Counted from the stretch's first letter, positions 50,411 to 60,361 are shown. The stretch: DNA of 64,000 nucleotides from Gloeobacterales cyanobacterium (GCA_038245785.1 JBBRSB010000011.1:1-64000), one strand, 5' to 3'. The notes: generated by a model from the sequence alone, not told the origin. Numbers and translations: made by a program.

Positions 50411-53361
50411 CTTTAGTGCGCATTCCTGTCTCTATTCTTGAGTCTCTAAGAGAGATTCCCCTTTTTAATCAGCTCACTTCAGAGCAATTGCACACCATCG
50501 CAGCAAAATGCCAACGGGTCCGTTATCGCATGGGCCAGTTCATGATGGTCCGTGGAAAAATGCCTGCTCAGGTCATGATTATCTGTGAAGGGCAGGCTCG
50601 ACTTTTGGGGTATGACCAACGCACAGAAACTTTAGAGAGCCTGGAAATCGTCGGTGCCGGAGCAATTTTGGGTTGGTTGAGCTTGCTGCGCAGCGTACCC
50701 TGTGAAACAGCCATTGCTTCTACGGAAGTCTCCTCTATTACTCTTTCCGCAGAAGACTTCTGGTCCTTATTCGCTGCGGAACCTTCGTTCAAGCGTCTCG
50801 ATGAGTGCACGACGCTGACAGAAGTGTTTGAGCTATTGAGTATCTCATTGCAGCAACAAGCCCATAGCCCTACGAATCTAAAAGACCTGGCTCTCCAAGC
50901 CGAGCAGGATGCTATTGTCCTGAATTTGTCCAAAGGTCAAGTAGCTTCTACACAGCTAGACCCCAATCGCCTTTGGCTGGTGAGTGCGGGAGTGGTAGAA
51001 GGCTTTCCCGTGGGGAGCCGCTTACCGCTTGAACACACACCTCAACGATGGCGCGCTGTTGGGATGCAAGGTGTTCGCTTACTTGGTTTGCGCATTAAAG
51101 AACGTCAAGAGCCTGTCCAAATAGACAATATTCTTCCTTTTCCTCGCCTGCAAACTGCGGATATTCCCTACGCATCTGAGCCACCCTCTGCCCCCATCGA
51201 AGATCAATCTATCCTCAAAACTCCCTTTGTGCGGGGACGAGGGGCTATGAATGGATCTTTGGCCTGTTTTCAAATGCTTAGTCAGTCCTTAGGCATTCCC
51301 TTCCGGAAAGATTCGGTCCGACGGGTTTTAGAAAATCAATTGCAAAATAGTGAGCGAATCTCGCTGCCGGTGGGTGGAGCGATTGCAGAAATGATCGGTT
51401 TGCGGGCTCAGGTGGTGAATGTCTCTACCACAGCCATCCCGCGACTGAAAATGCCTGCCCTGATTCACTGGCAGGATAGCTTGGCCGTTTTGTATCAAGC
51501 GAGCGCAGAGGAATTCTTGATTGCTGACCCAGAGCGTGGAATCCGTCGTCACTCGTCTCAGGAATTTGCAACGCTTTGGGGAGATACAGGTTCGCTGTTA
51601 CTGGTGGAGGCTCCTCTAGGGGAGCGCTCGGAGAAATTCAGCTTGCGCTGGTTTCTTCCTGCTATTCGCAAGTATCGCCGTGTGTTAACGGAAGTCCTGG
51701 TGGCTTCATTTTTTATCCAATTGTTTGGTCTGGCCAACCCTTTGATTACCCAAGTGATCATTGATAAGGTTTTAGTCCAACACAGCCTCGATACGCTGGA
51801 TGTGTTGGGCATCTTTTTGCTGGGTGTGGCTGTATTTGAAGCCCTGCTCACCAGTTTGCGCACCTATTTATTCACCGACACCACCAATCGTATCGACCTG
51901 AGCCTTGGTTCGGAGGTAATGGCTCATCTTCTCCGATTACCCCTAAGCTTCTTCGATCGCCGTCGCATCGGAGAACTGGCGGGTCGGTTTAATGAACTGG
52001 AAAATATTCGCCAATTTCTGACGGGAACAGCTCTCACTGTTGTGATGGATGCGGTATTTTCAGTGATTTATATCGCGGTCATGCTGATTTATAGCTGGCA
52101 GTTGAGCTTGGTAACCCTGGCAACGGTGCCTTTGTTTGGGCTGCTGACCGTTTGTGTTTCGCCGATTGTGCGTCGGCAACTGCAGACCAAGGCAGAACGC
52201 TATGCCGATGCTCAAGCCTATTTGGTAGAAATCCTTTCAGGGATGCAAACCGTCAAGGCTCAGAATATCGAACTGAAATCGCGCTGGCAGTGGCAAGAAC
52301 GCTATGCCCGCTATATCAACGATGGCTTCCAGAGTGTCTTGACCTTTAGCAATGCCAGTTCGATCAGTGGTTTTTTAAATAAGCTATCGGGCTTGCTCCT
52401 GCTCTGGGTTGGAGCGCACTTGGTCCTGGCCAATCAACTCACCTTGGGCCAACTGATCGCCTTTCGGATTATTGCCAGCTATGTCACAAGTCCTCTACTG
52501 CGTCTAATCCAGCTCTGGCAGAACTTTCAGGAAACAGCGCTATCCATTGAACGGCTTGGCGATATCCTTGATACCCCGCAAGAGGTAGATGAAAATGACC
52601 GCAACAACATCGCCTTGCCTGAGATTCAAGGAGCGGTTAGCTATAGCGGGATTTCCTTTGGCTTCAATCCCAAGGGTAATTTGCAACTGCTCAATATTAA
52701 TCTGGAGTTTCCGGCTGGCACCTTTGTTGGCATTGTTGGTCAAAGCGGTTCGGGCAAGAGTACCCTGGCAAAATTGCTGCCTCGTCTCTATGAGCCGACT
52801 TCTGGTCAGATTCAGATCGATGGCTATGACATTAGTAAAGTCGAACTGAACTCACTGCGTCGTCAGATCGGCATGGTGCTCCAAGATACGCTGCTATTCA
52901 ACGGCACGATTCAAGAAAATATCGCTCTAAACGACCCAGATGCCAGCACGGAAGAAGTGATTGCCGCCGCAAAAGCGGCAGCGGCCCATGATTTCATCAT
53001 GACCTTGTCCCATGGCTACAACACGCTCGTCGGAGAGCGCGGGTCTACCTTGTCGGGTGGTCAACGCCAGCGGATTGCCATCGCCCGCGCAGTGCTTCAA
53101 AACCCCAGGCTTCTGATTCTTGATGAAGCCACCAGTGCTTTGGACTATGACACAGAGCAGCATGTATGCCAGAACCTGGCGAGCCTGTTTCGGGGCCGCA
53201 CACTCTTTTTCATTACCCATCGTCTTAACACCGTCAAAAATGCAGACGTGATTTTGGTGATGGATAAAGGTGCAGTGGTGGAGCAAGGAACCCATGCTGA
53301 ATTGATGGCCTTAAGAGGTCGCTATTACTGCCTTTATCAACAGCAGGAGTCACAGCTATGA
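50407..53361 (+). CDS. Type I secretion ABC transporter (HlyB family; cNMP-binding + C39-like + TMD + NBD)
   Basis: N-terminal cNMP-like domain; 'LITQVIIDKV'; Walker A 'GQSGSGKST', 'LSGGQRQR', 'LDEATSALD'. Confidence 0.93.
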   Translation: MTLVRIPVSILESLREIPLFNQLTSEQLHTIAAKCQRVRYRMGQFMMVRGKMPAQVMIICEGQARLLGYDQRTETLESLEIVGAGAILGWLSLLRSVPCETAIASTEVSSITLSAEDFWSLFAAEPSFKRLDECTTLTEVFELLSISLQQQAHSPTNLKDLALQAEQDAIVLNLSKGQVASTQLDPNRLWLVSAGVVEGFPVGSRLPLEHTPQRWRAVGMQGVRLLGLRIKERQEPVQIDNILPFPRLQTADIPYASEPPSAPIEDQSILKTPFVRGRGAMNGSLACFQMLSQSLGIPFRKDSVRRVLENQLQNSERISLPVGGAIAEMIGLRAQVVNVSTTAIPRLKMPALIHWQDSLAVLYQASAEEFLIADPERGIRRHSSQEFATLWGDTGSLLLVEAPLGERSEKFSLRWFLPAIRKYRRVLTEVLVASFFIQLFGLANPLITQVIIDKVLVQHSLDTLDVLGIFLLGVAVFEALLTSLRTYLFTDTTNRIDLSLGSEVMAHLLRLPLSFFDRRRIGELAGRFNELENIRQFLTGTALTVVMDAVFSVIYIAVMLIYSWQLSLVTLATVPLFGLLTVCVSPIVRRQLQTKAERYADAQAYLVEILSGMQTVKAQNIELKSRWQWQERYARYINDGFQSVLTFSNASSISGFLNKLSGLLLLWVGAHLVLANQLTLGQLIAFRIIASYVTSPLLRLIQLWQNFQETALSIERLGDILDTPQEVDENDRNNIALPEIQGAVSYSGISFGFNPKGNLQLLNINLEFPAGTFVGIVGQSGSGKSTLAKLLPRLYEPTSGQIQIDGYDISKVELNSLRRQIGMVLQDTLLFNGTIQENIALNDPDASTEEVIAAAKAAAAHDFIMTLSHGYNTLVGERGSTLSGGQRQRIAIARAVLQNPRLLILDEATSALDYDTEQHVCQNLASLFRGRTLFFITHRLNTVKNADVILVMDKGAVVEQGTHAELMALRGRYYCLYQQQESQL

Positions 53362-54806
53362 AAGCGGGAATAACCCTAGAACAACCCGTAATTTTGGAGC
53401 GTCCCCAAATTTGGTCCCGTATCTATATTTGGTTGATCATCGGGATTGTGACTTCCAGTCTTGTCTGGGCAGCCTTAGCAGAGCTGGAACAGGCCGTGCC
53501 TGCCACGGGGAAGTTGGAACCCCAAGGTTCTGTGCAAGAGATTAAAGCTCCGGCAGGAGGCGTAGTGCAAACTATTGAGGTCCAAGATGGACAGCGGGTG
53601 AAAAAAGGCCAACGTTTGTTGAGCTTTGATCCGACAACAGCAAAAGCTGAACTAGAATCCCTGATTAAACTTAGAGCATCCCTGATCGGAGAAAATAAAT
53701 TTTATCAGTCTTATCCGACCGCTACTGACAACAGTGCATCTATTACCGCTAGAAACGATTTGCAACCTTTAATGCAACTCCGAGCGACCCTTATTGCGGA
53801 GAACCAATCTTATAGGACTGAGCTAGCAGGTCAAAATGTACCTGATAGAAGTGGAGAATTCAATGCCAATCAGCAAAAGCTGGTAACCGCCAGTCAGTCC
53901 GAAAATCGATCTCGGCTCGTTACAGCCCAACTGCAAATTCAGGAGTTGCAAAAACAGCTCATTCAAAACCAGGCTCAGTTGGCCAATGCCAAAAAGATAT
54001 TTAGCCTCAATCAAAATATTTCCCAGCGGATGCGTTCTATCGTCGCGGAAGGAGCGATTTCTGAGGTGCAGGTTCAAAAGCAAGAGCAAGAAGCTTTGAG
54101 CCGCCTGTCAGAAGTGGAACGACTCCAAGGCGAGCAGCAGCGTTTAAGTGTGAGCATCACACGAGCACGAGAACAGGTCCAACAAGTACTTGCCACTGCG
54201 GACAAAGAGGTTTTAACTAAAATTGCTGATAATCAAAAACGCATGGCCGAAATAGATACGCAGCTTAGTCGGACGCAACTGGAAAATCAAAAAAAGATTA
54301 CCGAGATTGACAGTCAAATCAGCAAGGCAAAAGTAGCCCTTCAATATCAGGAGCTGCGTTCTCCCGTGGAGGGTGTGGTGTTCAATCTTCAGGCTCACGC
54401 GTCAGGATTTGTCGCCAATACCACTCAGCCTATTCTCAGCATCGTTCCCAGCGATCATCTTGTTGCTTCGGTAGAACTTGCCAACAAAGACATTGGCTCT
54501 ATCCAACCTGGAATGCCTGTCGATATCAAGATTGAGTCCTTTCCTGAAAGTGAATTTGGCAGCCTCAAGGGCAAATTAATTTGGCTCGGTTCCGATGCCT
54601 TACCTCCTACCCAAAGCCGCCCTTTCTATGCCTTCCCTGCCAAAATTGAGTTAGAACGTCAGTCCATGTCAAACAACGGAAAAATTCTTCCCCTGCAATC
54701 GGGTATGGCCGTGAATTGCAGTATCAAACTGCGAAAGCGCACTTTCCTCAGCCTTTTCCTCAATATGTTTGATAAGAAAGTGAAGAGCTTAGAATCTGTT
54801 CGATAA
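53358..54806 (+). CDS. HlyD-family membrane fusion protein
   Basis: N-terminal TM, 'ATGKLEPQG', coiled coil, 'LRSPVEGVV', 'LQSGM'; 4-nt overlap with the ABC gene. Confidence 0.93.
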   Translation: MKAGITLEQPVILERPQIWSRIYIWLIIGIVTSSLVWAALAELEQAVPATGKLEPQGSVQEIKAPAGGVVQTIEVQDGQRVKKGQRLLSFDPTTAKAELESLIKLRASLIGENKFYQSYPTATDNSASITARNDLQPLMQLRATLIAENQSYRTELAGQNVPDRSGEFNANQQKLVTASQSENRSRLVTAQLQIQELQKQLIQNQAQLANAKKIFSLNQNISQRMRSIVAEGAISEVQVQKQEQEALSRLSEVERLQGEQQRLSVSITRAREQVQQVLATADKEVLTKIADNQKRMAEIDTQLSRTQLENQKKITEIDSQISKAKVALQYQELRSPVEGVVFNLQAHASGFVANTTQPILSIVPSDHLVASVELANKDIGSIQPGMPVDIKIESFPESEFGSLKGKLIWLGSDALPPTQSRPFYAFPAKIELERQSMSNNGKILPLQSGMAVNCSIKLRKRTFLSLFLNMFDKKVKSLESVR

Positions 54807-54879
54807 AAATCTGGAAATATTTGACATTTATTCCTGCTGTGTGTGAATCGCAAAGATGGTTATCCAAAATATTATCGGT

Positions 54880-54945
54880 ATGGTTATTTGGATGAATGGA
54901 TAATCATGCCCAACCCGGTGCACAGGATTGTGGCATTAAACCACC
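54880..54945 (+). pseudogene. Fragment of a REP-associated tyrosine transposase (RAYT/Y1)
   Basis: 'YLDEWIIMPNPVHRIV' resembles the RAYT 'LDExxxMPNHxHxI' motif with the first HUH His replaced by Pro; adjacent to a REP-like palindrome. Confidence 0.6.
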
Positions 54946-54950
54946 AACGT

Positions 54951-54980
54951 CGCAGGGGCGATTTGCAAATCGCCCCTGCG
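54951..54980. repeat. REP-like perfect 30-bp palindrome
   Basis: CGCAGGGGCGATTTG-CAAATCGCCCCTGCG. Confidence 0.8.
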
Positions 54981-55115
54981 AACGCCGAAAATGCAACCAC
55001 ACCATCTAAAAAAATGTCCCACCAAAATGTTCCAATGGTTTGTGTTTTGACATGCAAAACCATGGGTATTACCTTTCGGGATTCATGCAGGAACTCTATT
55101 GAATAAATTCAAACC

Positions 55116-55565
55116 CTAGAGCCTCTGAGCCTCTATTAAAACCTTAAAACGATTGAGGTCGGCCACAAGATTTTCATCAATCCAGCGGGCTACACCAACC
55201 TGTTCCAGAAAAGTGCCTACCACGCCCCCAGGGATTTCAAAAGCGAGGGCTAACTTGAGACGACAGCCTGAATCCTCTGGAAAAAATTCAATCTGTCCCC
55301 GATTTTTCAGACCCGAAATTGACTCCCAGGCAATCAGGCGCAAGGGGATTTTTCGAGTGGTGCGGGAAGTCCAAGTGACCGATAGAGGACCTGTACCGAA
55401 GCGCCAACGAGATATTTCAGTCTCGTGCGGCTGGCTGATAATTTTGACATCTTTGACAAACTCCATCCATTGGGGGAGATTTTCCATGTCTGCCCAGAGC
55501 TGATAAACCAGCTCTAGAGAACGGTCTACTCTCATCTCGACCGTTCGCTCTAGCATCAACGGCAA
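55116..55565 (-). CDS. SRPBCC/START-family (polyketide cyclase-like) protein
   Basis: 'VYQLWADMENLPQWM', 'IAWESISGLKNRG', 'ADLNRFK..IE'. Confidence 0.88.
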   Translation of the reverse strand: MPLMLERTVEMRVDRSLELVYQLWADMENLPQWMEFVKDVKIISQPHETEISRWRFGTGPLSVTWTSRTTRKIPLRLIAWESISGLKNRGQIEFFPEDSGCRLKLALAFEIPGGVVGTFLEQVGVARWIDENLVADLNRFKVLIEAQRL

Positions 55566-56173
55566 GCACCACTGAGCAAGATGGACCCCAACAAATATTG
55601 ATGGCCTTTAGACTGTAGCCCAGCAAAACCCATCAGCATTTCCCGTTCTCGATGGGAGAAAAGCTGTACATCGCCAGCTCCCAGGGCTTGAAAAGTCCAA
55701 TTGCTCACTGCTTCTAAAGGCTCTGAGCCAGCGATATCTGCCCAATAGAACCAACCACCCGGCTTGAGAACACGATGTATTTCTTCACAAACTTTGAGCG
55801 GATCAGCAAAGTGCAAAAAACTTAACATGCATACGACTTGGTCAAAACTGCGATCTTCGAAGGGAAGCAGCATGGCGTCCCCTTGCTTGAAAGAAGTACG
55901 CTTTGGGCAACCATGAACTTGATGAGCGCGGCTGATCATCTGCCAAGAAAGGTCTAACCCCACGGAGCCAATATCCGGTCTTTGACGGCCGAGTTGAATC
56001 AGTGCTTGCCCTGTACCGCAGCCTAAATCCAGGACCTGAGCGCCAAAAGGGACTTTGGCCATTTCCCAAAAACGACGATGAACACTCCCCATGAACACCC
56101 GATTTATCATCAGGTCATACTGGCCAGCCCAATTATCAAAGAAAGTTTGCTTTGTATTAGAAGTCGCGACCAT
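55556..56173 (-). CDS. Class I SAM-dependent methyltransferase
   Basis: 'VLDLGCGTG', 'GLDLS..M', 'GDA..LPFEDRSFD', 'RVLKPGG'. Confidence 0.9.
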   Translation of the reverse strand: MVATSNTKQTFFDNWAGQYDLMINRVFMGSVHRRFWEMAKVPFGAQVLDLGCGTGQALIQLGRQRPDIGSVGLDLSWQMISRAHQVHGCPKRTSFKQGDAMLLPFEDRSFDQVVCMLSFLHFADPLKVCEEIHRVLKPGGWFYWADIAGSEPLEAVSNWTFQALGAGDVQLFSHREREMLMGFAGLQSKGHQYLLGSILLSGACR

Positions 56174-56297
56174 GCTGCTCAGCCTTAAGTTTTGAAGCCT
56201 ATGGAGTTAGGGAAGCGGACCCAACTGTCCATACCCGTATTAAACGACGGTCTTCAAAGAATTGAACTAGACTCAAGAGCAGGTTACTGTAGCATGT

Positions 56298-57362
56298 ATG
56301 TCGAAAACGCATGGAGGGAAGCTTTTCCAGCCTGCGGCCGCTACACAAAACGCAACACTTTTATATCGGTATAAAACGCTTGTGATTAATAAACCCATCG
56401 ATAACCTGGACCGCTACCTTGAAGAGATTGGCCGTTACCCGCTTCTCTCCAAAGAGCGGGAGGTTGATTTGTCGCGCCAAGTCCAGCAGAGACTGGCTCT
56501 TGTAGCACTAACGGAAGGCAGCGAAATCCAGCCGGACCTCTGGGCCAAAAAAGCTGGAGTCAGTACCGAAGAACTCCAGCAAACCTTGAAGACGGGCGAA
56601 CGGGCCAAAGAAGTCCTAGTCCGCCATAATCTACGCCTCGTGGTCTCTATCGCCAAGAAATATCGGGACCAGGGACTCTCCTTGGAGGACTTGATCCAAG
56701 AAGGGAATGTGGGGCTGATGCAGGCCGCCGAACGCTTCGATCCCGAAAAAGGCTACCGATTCAGTACCTATGCCACTTGGTGGATCCGCCGGGATGTATC
56801 TCAAGCCGTGGCCAATCAAGGCCGAACGATTCGCGTGTCGGTCTATATGCAAAAGAAGATGAGCCAGTATCGCCAAACGATGCGGGAACTCTCGATCCAA
56901 CTGGGACGCCGTCCCACCCACCGAGAAATCACCGCTCAATTGGGTCTGAGCGATACCAACGAAGAATTGCTGGTGCAGCACAGTCGTCCTCTCATCTCGC
57001 TCAATGAATTGTCGGGAGAACATGAAGACCAAGAGCGCATGGAACGTCTGGTGGATCCGATGGCAACTCCGATCCAAAACTTGGAAGAGCGGGATACCAA
57101 GCAATTGCTTTGGTCCTCCCTCAGCCGTCTAGAACCTCTAGAGAAGAAAGTAATTACCGCTCGTTTTGGTTTAGACCACCAGGGTGCGCGGTCCTACGGA
57201 GAAATTGAAAAAGAATTAGAGCTTACCACCCGCCAAGTCCGCCGCCTTCTGAATACGGCTTTAGAAAAATTGCAGAAGGGGCTGATTCAAAACTCTTCTG
57301 CCGGACTTTCCCTCTTCGTGATGGCAAAGTCGATTGTGGGAGCCCATCCATGGCATTTTTAG
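56298..57362 (+). CDS. Sigma-70 family RNA polymerase sigma factor (group 2-like, divergent)
   Basis: Region 1.2 'YLEEIGRYPLLS', region 2 'NLRLVVSIAKKY', 'DLIQEGNVGL', 'FDPEKGYRFSTYATWWIR'. Start may be GTG 56382. Confidence 0.9.
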   Translation: MSKTHGGKLFQPAAATQNATLLYRYKTLVINKPIDNLDRYLEEIGRYPLLSKEREVDLSRQVQQRLALVALTEGSEIQPDLWAKKAGVSTEELQQTLKTGERAKEVLVRHNLRLVVSIAKKYRDQGLSLEDLIQEGNVGLMQAAERFDPEKGYRFSTYATWWIRRDVSQAVANQGRTIRVSVYMQKKMSQYRQTMRELSIQLGRRPTHREITAQLGLSDTNEELLVQHSRPLISLNELSGEHEDQERMERLVDPMATPIQNLEERDTKQLLWSSLSRLEPLEKKVITARFGLDHQGARSYGEIEKELELTTRQVRRLLNTALEKLQKGLIQNSSAGLSLFVMAKSIVGAHPWHF

Positions 57363-57378
57363 GTACTTCATAGAGCCT

Positions 57379-58032
57379 ATGGCTGTGAATGAAAGCCGCG
57401 AAAGCCCCTTGCCCAAGTTCTTACTCCTCCTATTACTTTTGGGAACTGGGGTGATCCTCTTTCGGTGGAGCCCTTTGTCTGCTTTATTTCATCCAGACCA
57501 GCTCTCTCAGCTCGGGGGATGGACAGCGCCTGCCTATATCTTGCTTTTTGCCCTGGCCTTGACAAGCGGGCTGCCCGCTGGAATCTTTGCGCTGTCGGCT
57601 GGTGCATTATTTGGTCCTTGGTGGGGAACCCTGTGGGCCCTCTGCGGAGGTATGCTCGGAGCGACCCTCGCTTTTTTATTGGCTCGCCGCTTAGGCCGCG
57701 AACAGGTGGAGCGTTGGGTGAAGCAAAAACGCTGGGACCGATGGGATGAACTCATCGAAACTCGGGGTTTTGAAGGAATGGTTTATGCCCGCCTTTTGCC
57801 TACTCCCTATGCTTTGGTCAGCTTTGCAGCGGGCTTGAGTAAGGTGCGCTTCCGAGATTATTGGTGGGGTTCCCTGCTTGGAAACTTGCCTGGCATGGCC
57901 GCTTTTGTTTGGATGGGGCATGCTGGCCTCGCTTTTGGAACAAATCAGGGCGGATGGTCAACCGTCCTTCTTATTGCCGGAGCAGGATGCTTGATTATTG
58001 GGCCTGCCCTTTGGGTAAAGCGTCGTATCTAA
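57379..58032 (+). CDS. TVP38/TMEM64 (VTT/DedA) family membrane protein
   Basis: 'GALFGPWWG', 'GATLAFLLARRLGR', 'ARLLP', 'SFAAGLSKVRFRDY'. Start set at ATG 57379. Confidence 0.88.
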   Translation: MAVNESRESPLPKFLLLLLLLGTGVILFRWSPLSALFHPDQLSQLGGWTAPAYILLFALALTSGLPAGIFALSAGALFGPWWGTLWALCGGMLGATLAFLLARRLGREQVERWVKQKRWDRWDELIETRGFEGMVYARLLPTPYALVSFAAGLSKVRFRDYWWGSLLGNLPGMAAFVWMGHAGLAFGTNQGGWSTVLLIAGAGCLIIGPALWVKRRI

Positions 58033-58679
58033 TTAAGTGTTTGTAGTGTATTTATTTATACATTAGTACTCAGTAATGCTCAGTATTTAATCAACTAGGT
58101 TGATGCGTGATTACTAGCAACTGATCAGCTTATAAGCATTATGTTTAGTTGTTAAAGCACTATAGTTCCTAGTAGGAAATACTGCATAAAAGTAGAAAAT
58201 GCCAATCATAAAAGAAAGCTAAAGTTATCCCTAATATCCGTATAACCGCTGACAACACACCTGCAATCATTGCCATAGTATGAGGCGCAACACCAATGTC
58301 AGTGGAACAGATTTATCTGATTCCCAACTGCCTTGTGTTGCATATAGCTAATGGTTTTCCAATGTATTTGGTTAAGGCCAACGTTTTCATTGGGATGAAA
58401 ACTATACATAAAGGAGTGAGCGTGAAATGTCATCTAGCCATGAAGAAAAGCTGTAACGGGGAGTTGGCCTCTGGCTTGCTAATTATGCCTGCAATCTATA
58501 GCTAGATCTGCCCCAATGTCAGCTAAAAGCGCGAGAACTGAGCCCATCACTGCAGGGACGAACGTTCTTCTTAAATTGTTTCATCCTTCTTCCTCTTAGA
58601 ACCTAGATCGCGGCATACCTCCCACTCAGTTCCTGTCACCGATAGACAAATTTTTCTTTTCTTGACGTAGCTTCTTGCC

Positions 58680-60290
58680 ATGAAAGCTGGAAGCGCAAAG
58701 AGGTACGAACTTCACAAAATCTCGACAATAATTCACGGAGTGATCATGAGACAACCTATCAATAACCACACAAAGCACGCACCACATAGCCTACTTGAGC
58801 AGTCTAAGTATGGTCGCCTGTGGTTCCTAGCACAGTTTGCGATGGTGGCTGTTCTGTTGCCCTTTGCCGCTCAAGCGCTTCCCTTAGACGCTCGCCCACA
58901 GCCGTTGCTATTAGCTCAGGCCACGGCACCCGCCGAGCCCAACCCCAACTGCACCCTGATTGTGCCCGCTAGCCCCCTTACAGCTAAAGGACTCGCAACG
59001 CCCTATCAATTGACCGCGACGGATCCTGCGGCTGGTCCCTGTAGTGAATCCGTCAAGGTTCAAGCATCGTTTGTTGAAGCTGCGATTATTGACCCAGCTA
59101 ATGGGCAGATTGTGATTTATCATCCCTTGATCGTTGACAAGGGGCAGCAGCCAGCAAAACCTCCTGTCGTCCCTTATCTGCCACCCAACGCAAAAGTGGG
59201 CATCTGGTTTGGTGGCAACGGTGGAACTCTAACCCTCCAGGGTACGGACGACTTAGCGCTTAGTAAGTGTGTTAACGGCCTACCTGGTGGTGACAACTTC
59301 GGACAGGTCGCCTACTGCAATGCACCAGCCTTCTTCCGTGCTGCTCACCGCGCTATCCGCTATGGGCAGTTACAAGTTCCAGCCTTAGGGGTGGCCAAGG
59401 ATGGTCAGACATGTCCCACTGTCAGGGATTTTTCGATCGTGGACATGGACCAAAGCGACAATGTCCTCGCAACCTATTTGGTGACCGCAGATGGAAAACT
59501 GGCCCAGGAGACTCAGGCTAATAAACAGGCACTGCCGGGAGCAAAGCAGCTCAAAAATGCCAGTGATAACCGCCTCGTTGCCATTGCCGTCAATGGTGCC
59601 TTAGGTTGCTCCCCGTGGAAAGCACCCAACCTCACCGATCCTGGTCAAACCGTGGCAGCCCTTGCTCTTAATGAAATACAAGCGAGACTTTACCAGTCCC
59701 GACCCATTGCCAGGGTTCCGGCTGGTCATGCCATGGTTCTAACTAACGGCCAGCCCAACTTGGAGAAGCTGAACGCCTATCGTCGAGGCGTTTTCCAAAG
59801 ACCTGTGTATTCCCTGGAGTTTGCAGACACCAAGCGCTACTGCCGTCGTCTCTTCCGAATAGCACCCGCCAGATTTAGTCTGGATGAAGTCTACACCAGG
59901 CCTGCAGCCTCACCGGATCCTGACGCCTCGAATTCTTTATTTACGTTTCTGGCACAGCGGTTTGTGGCCACAAATGAAGCTCTAGGCTGTTCGACCGCAC
60001 TGGGCGTAGAAAACCCAGTGACCGTGATCACTAATGCTGACGGTGTCGCCATCGATGCCAAGATCAGTCTTCCTGCCGATGCCAGCAACCAGGCCAAGTT
60101 GGCTCCTGCCGCCCCTGCTGATAACCAACAGGCAGCAACAGAGGCCGCTGTGGAAGCACCCGCCGCGACTGCACCAGCCGCAGAAACACCCGCAACAGAA
60201 GCCGCACCTGTCGCACAACCAACAACAGCAGCACCCGCGACCGTACCTGCTGCACAACCAACAACAGCGGATGTACCTCCAGGCCAATAA
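58680..60290 (+). CDS. Secreted Cys-containing hypothetical protein with Ala/Pro/Thr-rich tail
   Basis: Signal-like 'VAVLLPFAAQA'; globular core starting 'NPNCTLIVP' with 8 Cys; tail with a duplicated 'AQPTTA'. Start probably ATG 58746. Confidence 0.8.
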   Translation: MKAGSAKRYELHKISTIIHGVIMRQPINNHTKHAPHSLLEQSKYGRLWFLAQFAMVAVLLPFAAQALPLDARPQPLLLAQATAPAEPNPNCTLIVPASPLTAKGLATPYQLTATDPAAGPCSESVKVQASFVEAAIIDPANGQIVIYHPLIVDKGQQPAKPPVVPYLPPNAKVGIWFGGNGGTLTLQGTDDLALSKCVNGLPGGDNFGQVAYCNAPAFFRAAHRAIRYGQLQVPALGVAKDGQTCPTVRDFSIVDMDQSDNVLATYLVTADGKLAQETQANKQALPGAKQLKNASDNRLVAIAVNGALGCSPWKAPNLTDPGQTVAALALNEIQARLYQSRPIARVPAGHAMVLTNGQPNLEKLNAYRRGVFQRPVYSLEFADTKRYCRRLFRIAPARFSLDEVYTRPAASPDPDASNSLFTFLAQRFVATNEALGCSTALGVENPVTVITNADGVAIDAKISLPADASNQAKLAPAAPADNQQAATEAAVEAPAATAPAAETPATEAAPVAQPTTAAPATVPAAQPTTADVPPGQ

Positions 60291-60361
60291 TCGGTGTTCT
60301 TGGAGTGTGACCTGACGGCCTTTGCTGTTGCAGGAAACACTCCCAAGAACTGGCTAACGCT

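Noticed and set aside
50407..53361. Bacteriocin-processing peptidase transporter (active C39)
   Set aside because: The 'DCGAAC' catalytic motif is replaced by 'NGSLAC', no double-glycine precursor is adjacent, and the neighbouring cargo is an RTX protein.
56261..56277. HAIR operator for HspR
   Set aside because: Only one ACTCAAG half-site, and the spacing does not fit CTTGAGT-N7-ACTCAAG.
58047..58062. NtcA box TGTA-N8-TACA
   Set aside because: It matches the consensus but lies in very AT-rich DNA, has no TAN3T at the usual 22-nt spacing, and is over 600 bp from the next start.
58440..58640. c-di-AMP (ydaO) riboswitch, suggested by 'GTCAGCTAA'
   Set aside because: Other conserved blocks (GCTGAATCC, GGGGTGAATC) were not found; an Infernal scan would be needed.
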